DNA of 64,000 nt from Calditrichia bacterium (lineage in GTDB: Bacteria; Calditrichota; Calditrichia; JAJRVZ01). Below the pieces are notes generated by a model. That model saw only the letters and a program-made list of their open reading frames with translations, was not told where the DNA came from and searched no databases. How positions within the stretch are numbered: position 1 is the first letter of the stretch; each line of letters opens with the position of its first letter. Location of the stretch: assembly GCA_963796965.1 (NCBI GenBank), contig CAWCNS010000011.1, positions 288,001 to 352,000 of the forward strand, given 5' to 3'. A program made the position numbers and the translations under genes. Below are positions 1 through 10,769 of the stretch, piece after piece.

Positions 1-923
1 ATTGGAACAACACTCAACCTGTAATACAGATCTTCACGGAATTTTTTTTCTTTTACCAATTGTTCCAAATCTCTGTTTGTAGCGGCAATGATACGCACAT
101 CCACTTTAATGGAAGTTGAACCACCCACAGCCTGAAATTCCTGCTCCTGCAAAACACGTAATAATTTGGCCTGCAAATTATCTTTTAAATCGCCGATTTC
201 ATCCAGAAATAATGAACCGCCATCGGCCTGTTCAAATTGCCCCTTTCTATCCTTGATAGCACCTGTAAAGGCCCCTCTAACATGTCCAAATAATTCACTC
301 TCAATAAGATTCTCGGGTATGGAAGGGCAATTGACTGTAATGAAGGGTTTTGCCTGCCGGGGACTATTATAATGTATGGCACGGGCAATTAATTCTTTTC
401 CTGTGCCACTTTCTCCGGTAATCAGAACAGTCGCATTACTTTGTGCCACTTGTGTTGTTGTTTTAAGGACCTCCTGCATTTTAGCACTCTCAGCAATCAT
501 ATTTTCAAACTTATACTTCCCCACAACTTCTTTCTTTAACAGCGCATTCTCATTTTGGAGTTGCCGGATCTGTATCGCTTTTTCAATAACAAACAGAAGT
601 TGTTCCTGCCCGAATGGTTTTGCCAGATAGTCATTTGCGCCCAATCGACAGGCTTCAATCGCATTTTCAACACTGCCATGGGCGGTAATAATAATGATGA
701 TCACCTTCTCATTCTCTTTTCTAATCTGACGCAGAACATCAATTCCTGAGATATCAGGCATTTGGATATCGGTGATAACAATATCAAAAATGCTTTTAGA
801 AAATAATGCTAACCCTTCCTTACCATTCCTTGCGGTTGCGACTTCAAAATTATTTTTTTCTAATTGATAGGAGAGTACTTTGCCTAAATTTAAATCATCG
901 TCTATTAAAAGAACCTTTAACAT
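1..923 (-). CDS. Sigma-54-dependent response regulator (NtrC family), partial, runs off the left edge
   Basis: Manual minus-strand translation from ATG at 923: [10 protein letters not shown] (receiver) ... [45 protein letters not shown]. Not in the ORF track because the stop lies outside the window. Confidence 0.93.
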   Translation of the reverse strand, partial: MLKVLLIDDDLNLGKVLSYQLEKNNFEVATARNGKEGLALFSKSIFDIVITDIQMPDISGIDVLRQIRKENEKVIIIIITAHGSVENAIEACRLGANDYLAKPFGQEQLLFVIEKAIQIRQLQNENALLKKEVVGKYKFENMIAESAKMQEVLKTTTQVAQSNATVLITGESGTGKELIARAIHYNSPRQAKPFITVNCPSIPENLIESELFGHVRGAFTGAIKDRKGQFEQADGGSLFLDEIGDLKDNLQAKLLRVLQEQEFQAVGGSTSIKVDVRIIAATNRDLEQLVKEKKFREDLYYRLSVVP

Positions 924-943
924 AGTGCTTACACCCAAAATAT

Positions 944-2101
944 TTATGAAGCGTTTACAGGAATTATAATGATAAACTCCGTTCCGGAGTCTTTAGCCGA
1001 ATGAACATCAACCAGCCAATTATTACTATCAATAATGCGCTTTACAATGGCCAGACCTAAACCGGAGCCATCTTCTTTGGTTGTGTAAAATGGTTTAAAT
1101 ATTGCACCTTTATCTTCTTCTTTTATTCCCGGACCGGTGTCTGATATGGATAATCTTAAAAAATGCTGGTTCGCCTGGAGATGGGGGTATAACTTCGATT
1201 CATTCAATTCTAACCCATCAGTCTTGACTAGATTCACTATTATCGAGCCCCCATCCGTCATCGCCTGAATCGAATTCAGGATTATATTCATAAGTATCTG
1301 CCAGATATCATTGGGATCACCAAGCAAGCGAATTGGATCATCCGGCATCTTTGATACAATCTCAATGCCGCTTTTTCGGGCCTGGGTACTTAACATCATA
1401 ACCACATTCTGAACAATTTCCTGGAACAAATATTCTGACTCTTGTTGTTTTTTCTTTTTGGCAAAACTGAGGTAATTTTCTAAAACGCTGCTCATTCTAT
1501 CAGTTTCTTCAATCAGTATTTTTGAGAACTCAGACTTTTTATTTGGTGTCGTATTTTCATCAGTAATTATCTCAACAGCGCCGCGAATTGATCCCAGGGG
1601 ATTGCGCACTTCATGGGCAAGACTTGATGTTAATTCTCCAATGACAGCAAGTCTGTCTGTCTGGCGCAGTTGACTTTCCAGATCTACAAGTTTTTCCGAT
1701 TGTTGTTTTACCGTATTCAGGGAATTCTCTAACTCGCTGGCTGTATTTTTATATTTTTTAGTTTCCTCCATTTCCCGCTGTGCTTTTAAACCTGTAAGAT
1801 ATCCTATAACATTATAGAGGACGATCTGCATAAACCTTAAAAGATTGTTTTCTACCAAACCTCCCCAATGTAACATGATATGAGGTAAATACAATACGCT
1901 TACCGCAATGGCAACCCCAAGTCCTCCTCTGATCCCAAACTGAAATGCCGCCATAAGGATGGGAATAAAGTAGGCCTGCATATAAATCAGGTGATACTGC
2001 CATTGCATTGTTGGGGTAGTATAATGGAGGATGGAGATTACAATCACCAGAATAAATATGATCCCCGACCAAACAAGAGGTTTGTTAGATTTCTGCTCCA
2101 T
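944..2101 (-). CDS. Membrane-bound sensor histidine kinase
   Basis: N-terminal TM helices; H-box [10 protein letters not shown]-box [26 protein letters not shown]; directly upstream of the response regulator. Confidence 0.95.
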   Translation of the reverse strand: MEQKSNKPLVWSGIIFILVIVISILHYTTPTMQWQYHLIYMQAYFIPILMAAFQFGIRGGLGVAIAVSVLYLPHIMLHWGGLVENNLLRFMQIVLYNVIGYLTGLKAQREMEETKKYKNTASELENSLNTVKQQSEKLVDLESQLRQTDRLAVIGELTSSLAHEVRNPLGSIRGAVEIITDENTTPNKKSEFSKILIEETDRMSSVLENYLSFAKKKKQQESEYLFQEIVQNVVMMLSTQARKSGIEIVSKMPDDPIRLLGDPNDIWQILMNIILNSIQAMTDGGSIIVNLVKTDGLELNESKLYPHLQANQHFLRLSISDTGPGIKEEDKGAIFKPFYTTKEDGSGLGLAIVKRIIDSNNWLVDVHSAKDSGTEFIIIIPVNAS

Positions 2102-2199
2102 AATGAATCCGGTAATTCAAGTAAACATTCAGATGTTTTTATAAATATAGAGTTTAATAGCGCTATTTAAAAAATAATTATGGAAATATGGTAAAAGTC

Positions 2200-2273
<74 letters not shown>

Positions 2274-2552
2274 ATGGGATTAAAAAAGTTGTCGCTCAAT
2301 CAATGATTTGTCAAGTATTATTTACTCTTTTTTTCAATCATCTCCCATAGTGAGGATTTAAATTTATGCCAAAACGCAAGGACTAAGAGCCAGGGAGCGA
2401 GCAACCAGAATCGAGATACGAGCATCGAGAAGCGAGTATCGAACATCGTGTATCCCGCATCTCGTTTATCTCTATCCCTATCTCGTATCCCGATATCCCC
2501 TATCCCCTATCACACATCTCGCATCCCGTATCTCGCATCTATTCCATATAGT

Positions 2553-3611
2553 CTACCGTCGTCTATAACTGTGGGCCGTCTCATACATAGTCAATATATT
2601 CTCCAACGGTGCATCGGCCTGGATATAGGTATGTCCGGGTCCGAACACATAACCACCCCCATCCCCAAGGACATCTATTAACTGCTTCACTTCTTGGGCA
2701 ACCTGTTGGGGAGATCCTTTTGGTAGAAGCTCCTGAAGATCGACACCACCATAAAAACAAATGTCCTTTCCAAAATCTTTCTTCAGACCGGCCGGATCCA
2801 TACCTTCCGCCCGGACCTGAATAGGCTCCAGCATATCTACCCCTGCCTCAATAATCATAGGAAGAAGAGAGCGCACAGAGCCGCAGACATGTAATAGAAA
2901 TTTTTTTCCATATTGATGGGTAATATCAACCAACTCTTTCAGATAGGGCAATACAAATTCTCTAAAATCTTTTGGGCTAAACAAAGGGCCATGTTGGGAG
3001 CAATAATCATCAGCCATATAGATGATATCAATTTCCTCCCCATGATCCTGAAGCATTCTTCGTAAGGCTTCAGCACTCATTTCATTGATGGTACGAAATA
3101 AATGCTCGATATAAGATCTTCTCGTGGCAAAATCCATCATCAGATCTTCCGTGCCGCGAACAAAGCAGGCAATAAAAAAAGCACCCCACGTAAAAACACC
3201 AATGATTGCCCGGTCATGGTGGTTTAACGCCTCATGGGTGAAATGCGAAAAGTCGAGTATATCCGGGCTGGGCCACGAATAGGATTTTATATCCGAAATG
3301 GCATCTTTTCCTGCTAAGGGACTATAGGATAAGGCATCATAAATACCAGCACTGTGTTCTGTAACTTTTGCCTTATAACCCCAAATGGATATTTTCTCCA
3401 CTTTTCGTTCTTCTTCTGCCGGATACATAAAATTGCCAGGCAACAACATCCAGGTATCCACATTTAAGCGGTCAAAAAGTTTCTCTTTCGTGTTAATCTG
3501 GAAATGATTATAAAGTGCCTCGTATACATTATCTTCAGCATCAAAGGTTATAGCCACCCTATCGGTTTCCTTGTGATTTATAGCTGCTAACACCCGTTCT
3601 TTCGATGTCAT
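2553..3611 (-). CDS. Uroporphyrinogen decarboxylase / MtaA-CmuA family protein
   Basis: MTSKERVLAAINH start, DDYCSQ, HVCGS, GGVDLQELL, GGGYVFGPGH motifs typical of the URO-D/CIMS-like superfamily. Confidence 0.85.
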   Translation of the reverse strand: MTSKERVLAAINHKETDRVAITFDAEDNVYEALYNHFQINTKEKLFDRLNVDTWMLLPGNFMYPAEEERKVEKISIWGYKAKVTEHSAGIYDALSYSPLAGKDAISDIKSYSWPSPDILDFSHFTHEALNHHDRAIIGVFTWGAFFIACFVRGTEDLMMDFATRRSYIEHLFRTINEMSAEALRRMLQDHGEEIDIIYMADDYCSQHGPLFSPKDFREFVLPYLKELVDITHQYGKKFLLHVCGSVRSLLPMIIEAGVDMLEPIQVRAEGMDPAGLKKDFGKDICFYGGVDLQELLPKGSPQQVAQEVKQLIDVLGDGGGYVFGPGHTYIQADAPLENILTMYETAHSYRRR

Positions 3612-3638
3612 AATATTGCCATTAGGTAAATAATTTTT

Positions 3639-3741
3639 TATCCACGAATCACACTAATTATATCGAATTTCACGAATTTAAAATCAAAGTTAATATTAAA
3701 TAATTTGTGAAATTTGTATAAATTCGTGCAATTAGTGGATA
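3639..3741. repeat. 9-mer inverted-repeat element, family B (TCCACGAAT...ATTCGTGGA)
   Basis: Left arm tccacgaatcacactaat...cacgaattt, right arm aaattcgtgcaattagtgga. Related arms at about 5562, 19752-19913, 37727, 47848, 53808, 57906, 59432 and 60917. Confidence 0.8.
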
Positions 3742-3760
3742 GGTTTTTAAAGGATTTTAA

Positions 3761-3901
3761 TTATTCTGTCCCACCCTCTTTAATCCGTAAAAGCATGTTT
3801 TTAATGTCAGTTAAGCCCTTCCAGGCAATATAACCAGTGATAACCAGATACCAGCCCACACAGGCCAGCGAAATCAGCAACCAAAACCAATGATCCATCA
3901 T
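3761..3901 (-). CDS. Small single-pass membrane protein (46 aa), absent from the ORF track
   Basis: MMDHWFWLLISLACVGWYLVITGYIAWKGLTDIKNMLLRIKEGGTE*; GGAG RBS; lies between the symporter and the UROD-like gene. Confidence 0.7.
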   Translation of the reverse strand: MMDHWFWLLISLACVGWYLVITGYIAWKGLTDIKNMLLRIKEGGTE

Positions 3902-4050
3902 ATTCACTCCATTATATTTTTGAAATTCAGATTCACTTCAAGTAAAAGGGTAAAAGGCAAAAGGCAAAAGGTAAAAGGTAAAAGGTAAATATGTTAAATA
4001 TTACCCGAGAATATTATATCTTAAACTTTTTCCTTTTTACTTTTACCTTT

Positions 4051-5523
4051 TTACTTATCTTCTTCTAAAGCCGGCTTAACAAGAGAACCAACAACCATAC
4101 CCACAGCTGCCCCAACATAAGTTATGATTCCCCAGATATAGGGTCCAATCGTTTGTGAGACAAATACTTCTGTTGCCGGTACTTGTTCGAGGACCAGATA
4201 ACTTATCGGCATCACCGCTCCGATAATGATCGCTGCGGAAGCGCCATATTTGTTTGCCCGCGGCCAATAACAACAGGCAATTAACAGCACGGACATACTG
4301 GCCAGGTAAATTGAACCGGTTACCATAAGATAGGTCCATAAATCTCCTTTAAGCGGGTACCACAAACCATAGACCAGTAGAAATATGCCGATAACGCCAA
4401 TAATGATCCGATTGGTAATCAGACCTTTCTTCTGCGACCATTTCCCTTTATGGATCGGAGCCATAATATCATTATAAATGACACTTCCCCAGGAGAGCAT
4501 ATAGGCCGCATCCGTGGACATATCGGCGGCGAGCATGGCTGCAATCAGAATACCCATTAATCCTATTGGCAAAAATCCGGCAAGAAATGTTGGCATCGCT
4601 AACAACGTATTATCACCAACCTGATCGGGGGTTAGAACAGCTAATGCGGCGATCCCCCATAACCCGGGCAGAATAAATCGGCAAACAAAAAACATGGCCG
4701 TACCTTTATATATTTTTTGCCCAACCTTACTGTTTTTGGCTGAGAGAACACGTTGGATCATTGTCTGCCATGTTAGAACGACCGCCAGGGCCACAAGGGA
4801 ATTAAAGATCATATAATCCCAGCCCATCTCAGGATGCATAAAAGGATTAAAACCCCCTTCACCATAATTTGTCTGTATAGCATTGGTAAGATCAGTCCAG
4901 CCTATCTGAATAAATATTAATACGGTCACCACCAATAAGCCTAAACTCATGATGATGAACTGCAAGTAGTCAGTTATCAGCACGGATATCATACCACCCA
5001 TTATGGTATACATGGCTACGCCGACCAGTAAGATGGTCATGGTTATTTCCAGATAAGCAGGATTCAGCCCAATCACCGTTACCAGAAATTCGCCACCCGT
5101 CCGCAGAAATACGCCCATATTCAATAATCCGCCCACGACAATAACAACCCCACTCATCCAGCGAATTTTCGGACCAAATGCTTTAGTAAACATTTCCGGG
5201 ATCGTCATCACCCCTGCTTTGCGGAGTGGCTTTATACCAAACCCGGTCCAACCCACAACAAACATCGCCACGGCAAAAAGGAGACCGGGCATGGCACCTG
5301 CAAATCCCTTATCATAGCCATTTTGTGCGGTATACATACAGGTAACAATTCCAAATTCCGTTGCCGCCAGCGAGGCAATACCCAGGTAGAGATCCATTTC
5401 ACGACCAGCGACAAGAAAATGCTCCACCTTTCCGACATATTTTCGTACCATCACACCCGCTGTAACCGTTGCCACGAGGTAGAGGAAAACTATTCCACCA
5501 TCAATGAGAGTAAAGTTGCTCAC
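4051..5523 (-). CDS. Sodium:solute symporter (SSS) family protein
   Basis: Highly hydrophobic multi-TM protein; FLVAGR, GGMISVLITDYLQ, QRVLSAK, AAMLAADMST signatures. Confidence 0.92.
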   Translation of the reverse strand: MSNFTLIDGGIVFLYLVATVTAGVMVRKYVGKVEHFLVAGREMDLYLGIASLAATEFGIVTCMYTAQNGYDKGFAGAMPGLLFAVAMFVVGWTGFGIKPLRKAGVMTIPEMFTKAFGPKIRWMSGVVIVVGGLLNMGVFLRTGGEFLVTVIGLNPAYLEITMTILLVGVAMYTIMGGMISVLITDYLQFIIMSLGLLVVTVLIFIQIGWTDLTNAIQTNYGEGGFNPFMHPEMGWDYMIFNSLVALAVVLTWQTMIQRVLSAKNSKVGQKIYKGTAMFFVCRFILPGLWGIAALAVLTPDQVGDNTLLAMPTFLAGFLPIGLMGILIAAMLAADMSTDAAYMLSWGSVIYNDIMAPIHKGKWSQKKGLITNRIIIGVIGIFLLVYGLWYPLKGDLWTYLMVTGSIYLASMSVLLIACCYWPRANKYGASAAIIIGAVMPISYLVLEQVPATEVFVSQTIGPYIWGIITYVGAAVGMVVGSLVKPALEEDK

Positions 5524-5735
5524 GATATTTCCTTTCCTAGAGATGTGCTTATTCGTTTTTTTCCACTAATTGCACAGATTAAATCGAATTTCACGAATTA
5601 TTTTGAATTAATCTTGTCATCGTTACTTGAATATTGAATATTCCTTGTTGGATATTGAATATTTATTTTACATAAGAGACGGCCCACTCCGTACTCGTTG
5701 ACTTCCGCCAGGGCAGACACATGGGTCTGCACCTA

Positions 5736-5999
5736 CACTCCACCCTCTACGCTTTTCTCTATTCGCTCCTCACTCTTCTCTCCTCGCTTTTCGCTTGAAA
5801 TCTTGGATGATTTCATCCCGATTTGTTGATAGGATATCTACGCTTTTATCGGGATTACGCTTTACGCTCTGCGCTCCACTCTCTTTTCTCTATTCTCTCT
5901 TCGACTTACGCCACTCGATTTACGCTTCTCGCTCTTCCTTCCACTCCACGCTCCTCGCTCTACGCTCCACCCTCTACACTCCACTCTCTTCTCTCTTCC
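5736..5999. repeat. Degenerate pyrimidine-rich heptamer tract (CTCTACG/CTCCACT/CTCTTCT)
   Basis: 7-nt periodicity is visible; similar tracts at about 27644-27692, 29628-29686 and 48005-48040. Confidence 0.7.
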
Positions 6000-6785
6000 T
6001 CATTCATCGCCCAGCACCAAGTCCAGACACGCCAACCAAAAAGCCGGATACTGATCCCAAAAGACAAAATTACATCCCCAATGGGGTGCCGGATCGGACA
6101 TATAGGCCAATACCCGACCTTTTCCAAATTGTCCTGTCGCGACCAAAGGATCATCTGTTTCTTTTAATTTTAGAACAATCTCACACCCTTCTTTTTCACG
6201 TGTTTGATTATATCCAAGTATTGGGGGAAAGGTGTTAAAATCAATATGAGCGAATGCATTATTTCCCGATACGGGTTTGACAGTAAATCCTTCCGTATTT
6301 TCAACCAGATCTTCATAGTCAAGACAGTTAACCGGCAAGACCTCCTTCAACCGCGTACGGTTCCAGCCCCCCTTACCCATTTCACCGGTAAACGAAAGCC
6401 AGCCACCCAAAAACATGGCAGCCATGCCATTTTCTATCGCCTCAACGGTCAGACGAACCCTATCCGGAAAAGTAAGCACAGCGGTTCCAAATTTTTTACG
6501 ATCGAAAAAACTGGGTGCTAGTTGGAAATTTTTAGCCTCCACATCGCTAAAAATAATTACATCGTATTCATCAAGTATTTTCTCATATTCACCGGGTCCC
6601 AATTTATAAAAGTCCCAGGTAGGTACGGAGTTCACTTCATGCTCACCAGTCGATTCCAGAGCATCTTTTAACCATTTACCGTAATTGTACATTTCAAGGC
6701 CTTTATGGGCATAACTAAACGGGGTTTCGGCAAAAACCGGTCCGCACATAACAGCCCAATCTCCCACATAATAAATTTTGGCCAT
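6000..6785 (-). CDS. Class I glutamine amidotransferase-like protein (DUF1355 type)
   Basis: YDVIIFSDV, FLGGWLSFTG, LPV, GKGRVLAYMSDPAPHWG motifs. Confidence 0.8.
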   Translation of the reverse strand: MAKIYYVGDWAVMCGPVFAETPFSYAHKGLEMYNYGKWLKDALESTGEHEVNSVPTWDFYKLGPGEYEKILDEYDVIIFSDVEAKNFQLAPSFFDRKKFGTAVLTFPDRVRLTVEAIENGMAAMFLGGWLSFTGEMGKGGWNRTRLKEVLPVNCLDYEDLVENTEGFTVKPVSGNNAFAHIDFNTFPPILGYNQTREKEGCEIVLKLKETDDPLVATGQFGKGRVLAYMSDPAPHWGCNFVFWDQYPAFWLACLDLVLGDE

Positions 6786-7070
6786 CTATAATTCTCCTTA
6801 AAACGGATATGATCAAATCGGTAGGTTGATTTACTGCGTACTAAAATAAGAAATATGTTGGAATGAATCCTAAAATTTTTTCTTTTTCTCTCGCAAAGCC
6901 ACCAAGACGAGGCTTTAAACCACCTCCCAAATCCCTCTCGACCGGGTTATCACAATAGGAACCCGTCAGACAAAGGACGGAATAAGGATTTAGGGTTGTT
7001 CATATGTTTATTAATTCAGGATCCATAAGATTATTTATCAATGGTTCGAATCATTATAATCAAATTTCTT

Positions 7071-7222
7071 AAACCGAATATTCGGTTTGACGAAGAATGA
7101 ACTTCGGTATGACTTAAACCGAAGTTCGGTATGATCTAGTCCGAGGTTCGGCTTACCCCGGTACGAAGTTCGGTCTGCTTCAATCCGAGGTTCGGCTTAC
7201 TCCGATCCGAAGTTCGGTTTAG
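7071..7222. repeat. Seven-unit array with an exact 22-bp period around a CCGAAGTTCGG-like palindrome
   Basis: TTCGG starts at 7081, 7103, 7125, 7147, 7169, 7191 and 7213. Confidence 0.9.
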
Positions 7223-7408
7223 TGAATGTGATAGTAGTTAAATGGAAAGAGGAAAGAGGAAAGAGATAAATTCATATAATTGATTACTGACTGCAGTATT
7301 ATTCAAATTCTCACCATTTCTATTAGAAATTTGAAACCACCGACCACAGCTGCGTCAGGTTTTATAGGATGCGGCTTTTTGATTATATTCACGTATTATC
7401 ATAGTTCC

Positions 7409-7541
7409 AGATAACGGCTGAGCTAACCGAACAAAAACTAAGCGGCTAGGGGTTATAAAATTACCATCAACTTCGAACGGATTTAATATACTTTATAAAA
7501 CCGGCAGGCGTTTTTTTTCCGTATTGAGCGATTTGTTATAC
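7409..7541 (-). mobile_element. Integron attC site (end of hchA cassette)
   Basis: Minus strand GCGTATAAC-AAATC-GCTCAA ... GTTAGCTCAGCC-GTTATCT; its R'' is complementary to the cassette start GTTATACGC at 8793. Confidence 0.8.
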
Positions 7542-7557
7542 GCGATTTTGCTGATAA

Positions 7558-7689
7558 ACTTAGCGTTAAGTATAAGAGCAGTAGCAGATTAATATGTAAT
7601 CCCTCTTAAATTTACAATTTTCTTAATTTAAGTAAAATAGCGGTTCAGGTTAACACCCAAACCGCTATTGCTCTTATACATTGTTGTAA
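7558..7689 (-). repeat. Second, different attC-like palindrome directly after hchA
   Basis: Minus strand TTACAAC-AATG-TATAAGAGCAATAGC ... GCTACTGCTCTTATA-CTTAAC-GCTAAGT; long inverted arms, degenerate R'. Confidence 0.6.
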
Positions 7690-7696
7690 GTAGTTT

Positions 7697-8550
7697 TTAT
7701 TTTAATTCTTTTAACAAAGTTTCAGCTGCTAGTTTTCCCAATTCATTAGACGCTAAAGGACTTGCTCCTGTGATTAATTTTCTATCCAAACATACGCTTT
7801 TGTCTGACTTGGTATTTACAATATTAGCTCCAAGCTCTTCAGTTTTTCACTTAATCCCAAAGGCATTTGTCCTGGCAAATAACCAATCTTTGGTGCCATT
7901 TTATCTACCGAATCAGGGAATACGGCCATTTTGTAGCCTTCATAAATAAATTTCTGATTATTTAGTGTGGTTGTTAAAAATGAACCGGGTCCATGGCAAA
8001 GGCTTATAGTAAATAAATCGTTTTGATGAGCCCAATTCAAAATATCTCCAACGTTTTTGTCTTCTGGAATACCTAACATAGATCCATGTCCACCAGGCAC
8101 AAATACAGCTGCATAAGATGCTGATTCTGTCAATGATGTATCAATAAAATCATGTAATTTTTTCGGTTGCTCAAAACTTGACTTGTATTCATTGTAAATA
8201 GCTTTCACATGTTCATCTTTTTCTGGAAAAGCCCACATTTCAAAAACAACAGGCTTTCCAGTTGGTGTAGCTATTTCAAGATCAAAACCCGCATTTTTAA
8301 GATGCAGCATAGGCAATAGGGCTTCTACCGGATGGTTTCCTGTAGAAAACAATTTGCCATTCTGCATTTTCATATTTTTTTGTTCAGTGAAAATGACCAA
8401 GATCTTCGACTTATTTCCCTGGTATTTTGTGTATGAAATATTTTCAAAATCAGTTGTGTCAACAGTTCCTAACTTTAAAGCAAGTCTTGACGGACTGTAA
8501 GAACCATCTGACTCCAATTTTGGAGCAATTCCTAATATTCTTTTTAGCAT
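7697..8550 (-). CDS. hchA: Glyoxalase III / protein deglycase HchA (DJ-1/PfpI family); frameshift near 7830
   Basis: FSTGNHPVE, PGGHG, LCHGP motifs; the shifted frame continues GANIVNTKSDKSVCLDRKLITGASPLASNELGKLAAETLLKELK* to 7697. Confidence 0.85.
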
Positions 8551-8928
8551 ATCAATAGTCCTTAAATAATTAATTTGTAATTAATGCACAAAGGTATTTC
8601 TTGTTCTGCCTCACGTGAAATGGTAGTTTCTGTAGTAAGTATCTTGACAGTTTCCTCATAATTAAACTACCTTGATTTATGCAACAACTTTTTTGGATAA
8701 TAAAAAACTACAACTGAGTTTTTATCTATTTTATTCTTATAACAAAATTTATGGAATGAGTGGATCAATATTGTTGAATTTGAAGCGTATAACGGTCACT
8801 GCTAACAGGCGCGATTTCTATCACAATATGAAATTCATGCCACAGCTGTAGATCTTATGTTTAAAAGTCTTCATGAATTGTTAGTATGTTTTGGCTAACC
8901 ATTAACCTAACATTCAGGAGGCCCAACT

Positions 8929-9771
8929 ATGGATCAACAAAATAATACCACAATTAGTTTTAAAGGACAACATTTTTTTATCGGACATGATGTACATAAG
9001 AAAAACTGGAAAGTAACCATCACGAATTAACAAAACCCAAATTAAACGATTCTCAATGGACCCATCCCCGCAACAATTAGTCCAAAGTTTAAAGAAAAAT
9101 TATCCTGATGGGACTTATCATAGTGTTTATGAGTCCGGCTTTTGTGGTTATTGGATTCACCGGTGACTTGTCGAATTAGGAATTGATAATATTATTGTCA
9201 ATCCTGCCGACATCCCTACTTCTCATAAAGAAAAAGATCGTCGCGATGATAAAATCGATAGTGCTAAACTGGCCAGGGAATTGGAAAACGGTTCTTTAAA
9301 TGGAATTTACATACCATCGCCACAGCAACAATCTCTCAGATCCATGTCACGTCTACGATACCAACATAGAAATAATCTTACTCGGATTAAAAATCGAATA
9401 AAAATGTTCCTCCATTTACATGGAATAAAAATCCCGAACAGTATAGCAACTCTTACTGGTCTTCTGATTTTATCGAATGGCTTAAATCACTGGAATTTGA
9501 GTTCCCAGGCAATAATCAATATTTGCATCATCATATACAGTCACTTGAATATCAACAGGTTCTGATGAATCGATGTACGTTAATACATCTGCTCATTGAG
9601 TGTGCCTGGCGTGCCATCGGTGCAGATCCGTCATTAACACAAGCCTATGCCTCTCTTACATCTAAAATGTCCAAACAAAAAGCAATTGTAAAAATTGCCA
9701 AAAAATTGTTAAACCGAATCAGATATGTGTGGCTAAACGAAAAAAAATACATATCTGCTGTAGCCAAATAA
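8929..9771 (+). pseudogene. IS110 DEDD transposase/recombinase pseudogene
   Basis: Fragments IGHDVHKKNW, VYESGFCGYW, IVNPADIP, DKIDSAKLA, LLIECAWRAI, KAIVKIAKKLL; in-frame stops, frameshifts and an apparent internal deletion. Confidence 0.88.
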
Positions 9772-9773
9772 AC

Positions 9774-9970
9774 AAGAGGAGCCGAATCGATATATTGGCT
9801 TCACCCTTAGACCGTTTCAGGACGCATGCATGCAAACTATGTTTGCTGTAGATTGCGGCTTGGGGTATATATTCTGAAAAAATCATGCGGCTCCTTTTGT
9901 TAATATATCAAAAGGATGACTGTTCATAACAGGCTCAATTAAAATCGATCCGGGTCATTGATCTTTAAAT
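9774..9970 (+). ncRNA. Putative bridge/seek RNA of the IS1111 element
   Basis: Stem 9774-9784/9888-9898 encloses CAGGACGC (9818-9825) and GCTGTA (9845-9850), which match the two target flanks. An ATGAC/GTCAT stem encloses CATAACAG (9925-9932), which matches the circle junction. Confidence 0.65.
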
Positions 9971-10114
9971 ATCTTAAAGTATATAGCATAGCAGGAAACG
10001 TACGCCCAATTTTGCGCTTTTTACTTGACTTTTAACATAACAAGCGTCCTGTTGAGCAGATGGTAAGGCTGAAATGATTTGATAAATATGGGTTTAAAAG
10101 GGAGGAGAAGGGGA

Positions 10115-10318
10115 TTAACTTTTTAGAACTCTCGCTAATTTGATGTTGTTTTCGATAAGATCATTTACAATTTTACTGATATCAGTCTTACTCTTAGCTG
10201 CAATCTCTTGAATAAATCTTAGATTTTCAGGTTCCAAATAAACTGGGTAATTAATTACTATGTTATCCTTGAAAAACTTTCCCCTCTCTCCCTTTGAAAA
10301 ATCATATTCTTTTCTCAT
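10115..10318 (-). CDS. Antitoxin, BrnA/CopG-like (cassette)
   Basis: MRKEYDFSKGERGKF start, RHH-like C-terminus; directly downstream of BrnT. Confidence 0.8.
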   Translation of the reverse strand: MRKEYDFSKGERGKFFKDNIVINYPVYLEPENLRFIQEIAAKSKTDISKIVNDLIENNIKLARVLKS

Positions 10319-10612
10319 CTATTTCCCTTGATATTGTTTGATTTCTTTTTTAGTTGATTTTCTTGCAGAAATAATTCGGATATTTAAATTTGAATTATCA
10401 ATTTCACTAAATGTGTGAATAGTTGTTAATATATTTCCATTCCTTGATATTCCCATTGTTATCCAGCGATCGTCTGCTTCACTGTGATCAAAATCATGAA
10501 TAGATAGCGAATTTGGGTCAAGGAAAATAGTGGCAGCTAGTTCAAAACTGACTTTGTGTTTTAATAAATTCTTCTTGGCTTTGTCAGGATTCCACTCAAA
10601 GTTATAATTCAA
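10319..10612 (-). CDS. BrnT family toxin (cassette)
   Basis: FEWNPDKAKKNLLKHKVSF ... DHSEADDRWITMG ... RIISARK. Confidence 0.9.
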   Translation of the reverse strand: MNYNFEWNPDKAKKNLLKHKVSFELAATIFLDPNSLSIHDFDHSEADDRWITMGISRNGNILTTIHTFSEIDNSNLNIRIISARKSTKKEIKQYQGK

Positions 10613-10769
10613 TCTCTATCCCTGATAAATGTTATGACAATATTAGAAAAAACAATCAAGGAGTCAATGAAAAATTCAATATTTAATAAATTCCAGCATA
10701 ACGGTCACTGCTAACATGCGCGACTTTTACCACAATTTATAATTCATGCTACAGCTTTAAGCGTCCTGT

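Larger units (their letters stand above)
8851..10042 (+). mobile_element. IS110-family (IS1111 subgroup) element, degenerate
   Basis: Sub-terminal IRs TTATGTTTAAAAGTC (8855-8869) and GACTTTTAACATAA (10027-10040); no TSD; joining the ends gives TTGACT-N17-TATGTT. Confidence 0.85.
8787..10069 (-). mobile_element. attC site split by an IS110/IS1111 insertion
   Basis: Left part gtataacggtcactgctaac...acagctgta (8787-8850) and right part agcgtcctgttgagcagatggtaaggc (10043-10069) rejoin into a homolog of the attC at 10696. Confidence 0.85.

Noticed and set aside
166..749. Short plus-strand ORFs
   Set aside because: Antisense shadows of the minus-strand NtrC-like gene.
2553..3611. hemE
   Set aside because: Lacks the WxMRQAGR signature of true HemE, and no heme genes are nearby.
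5795..6238. Plus-strand ORFs of 147 and 114 aa, and similar ORFs at 2448, 27523 and 55197
   Set aside because: Low-complexity translations of heptamer tracts and/or antisense to real genes.
7071..7222. CRISPR array
   Set aside because: The 22-bp total period is far too short, repeats are degenerate, and there are no cas genes in the window.
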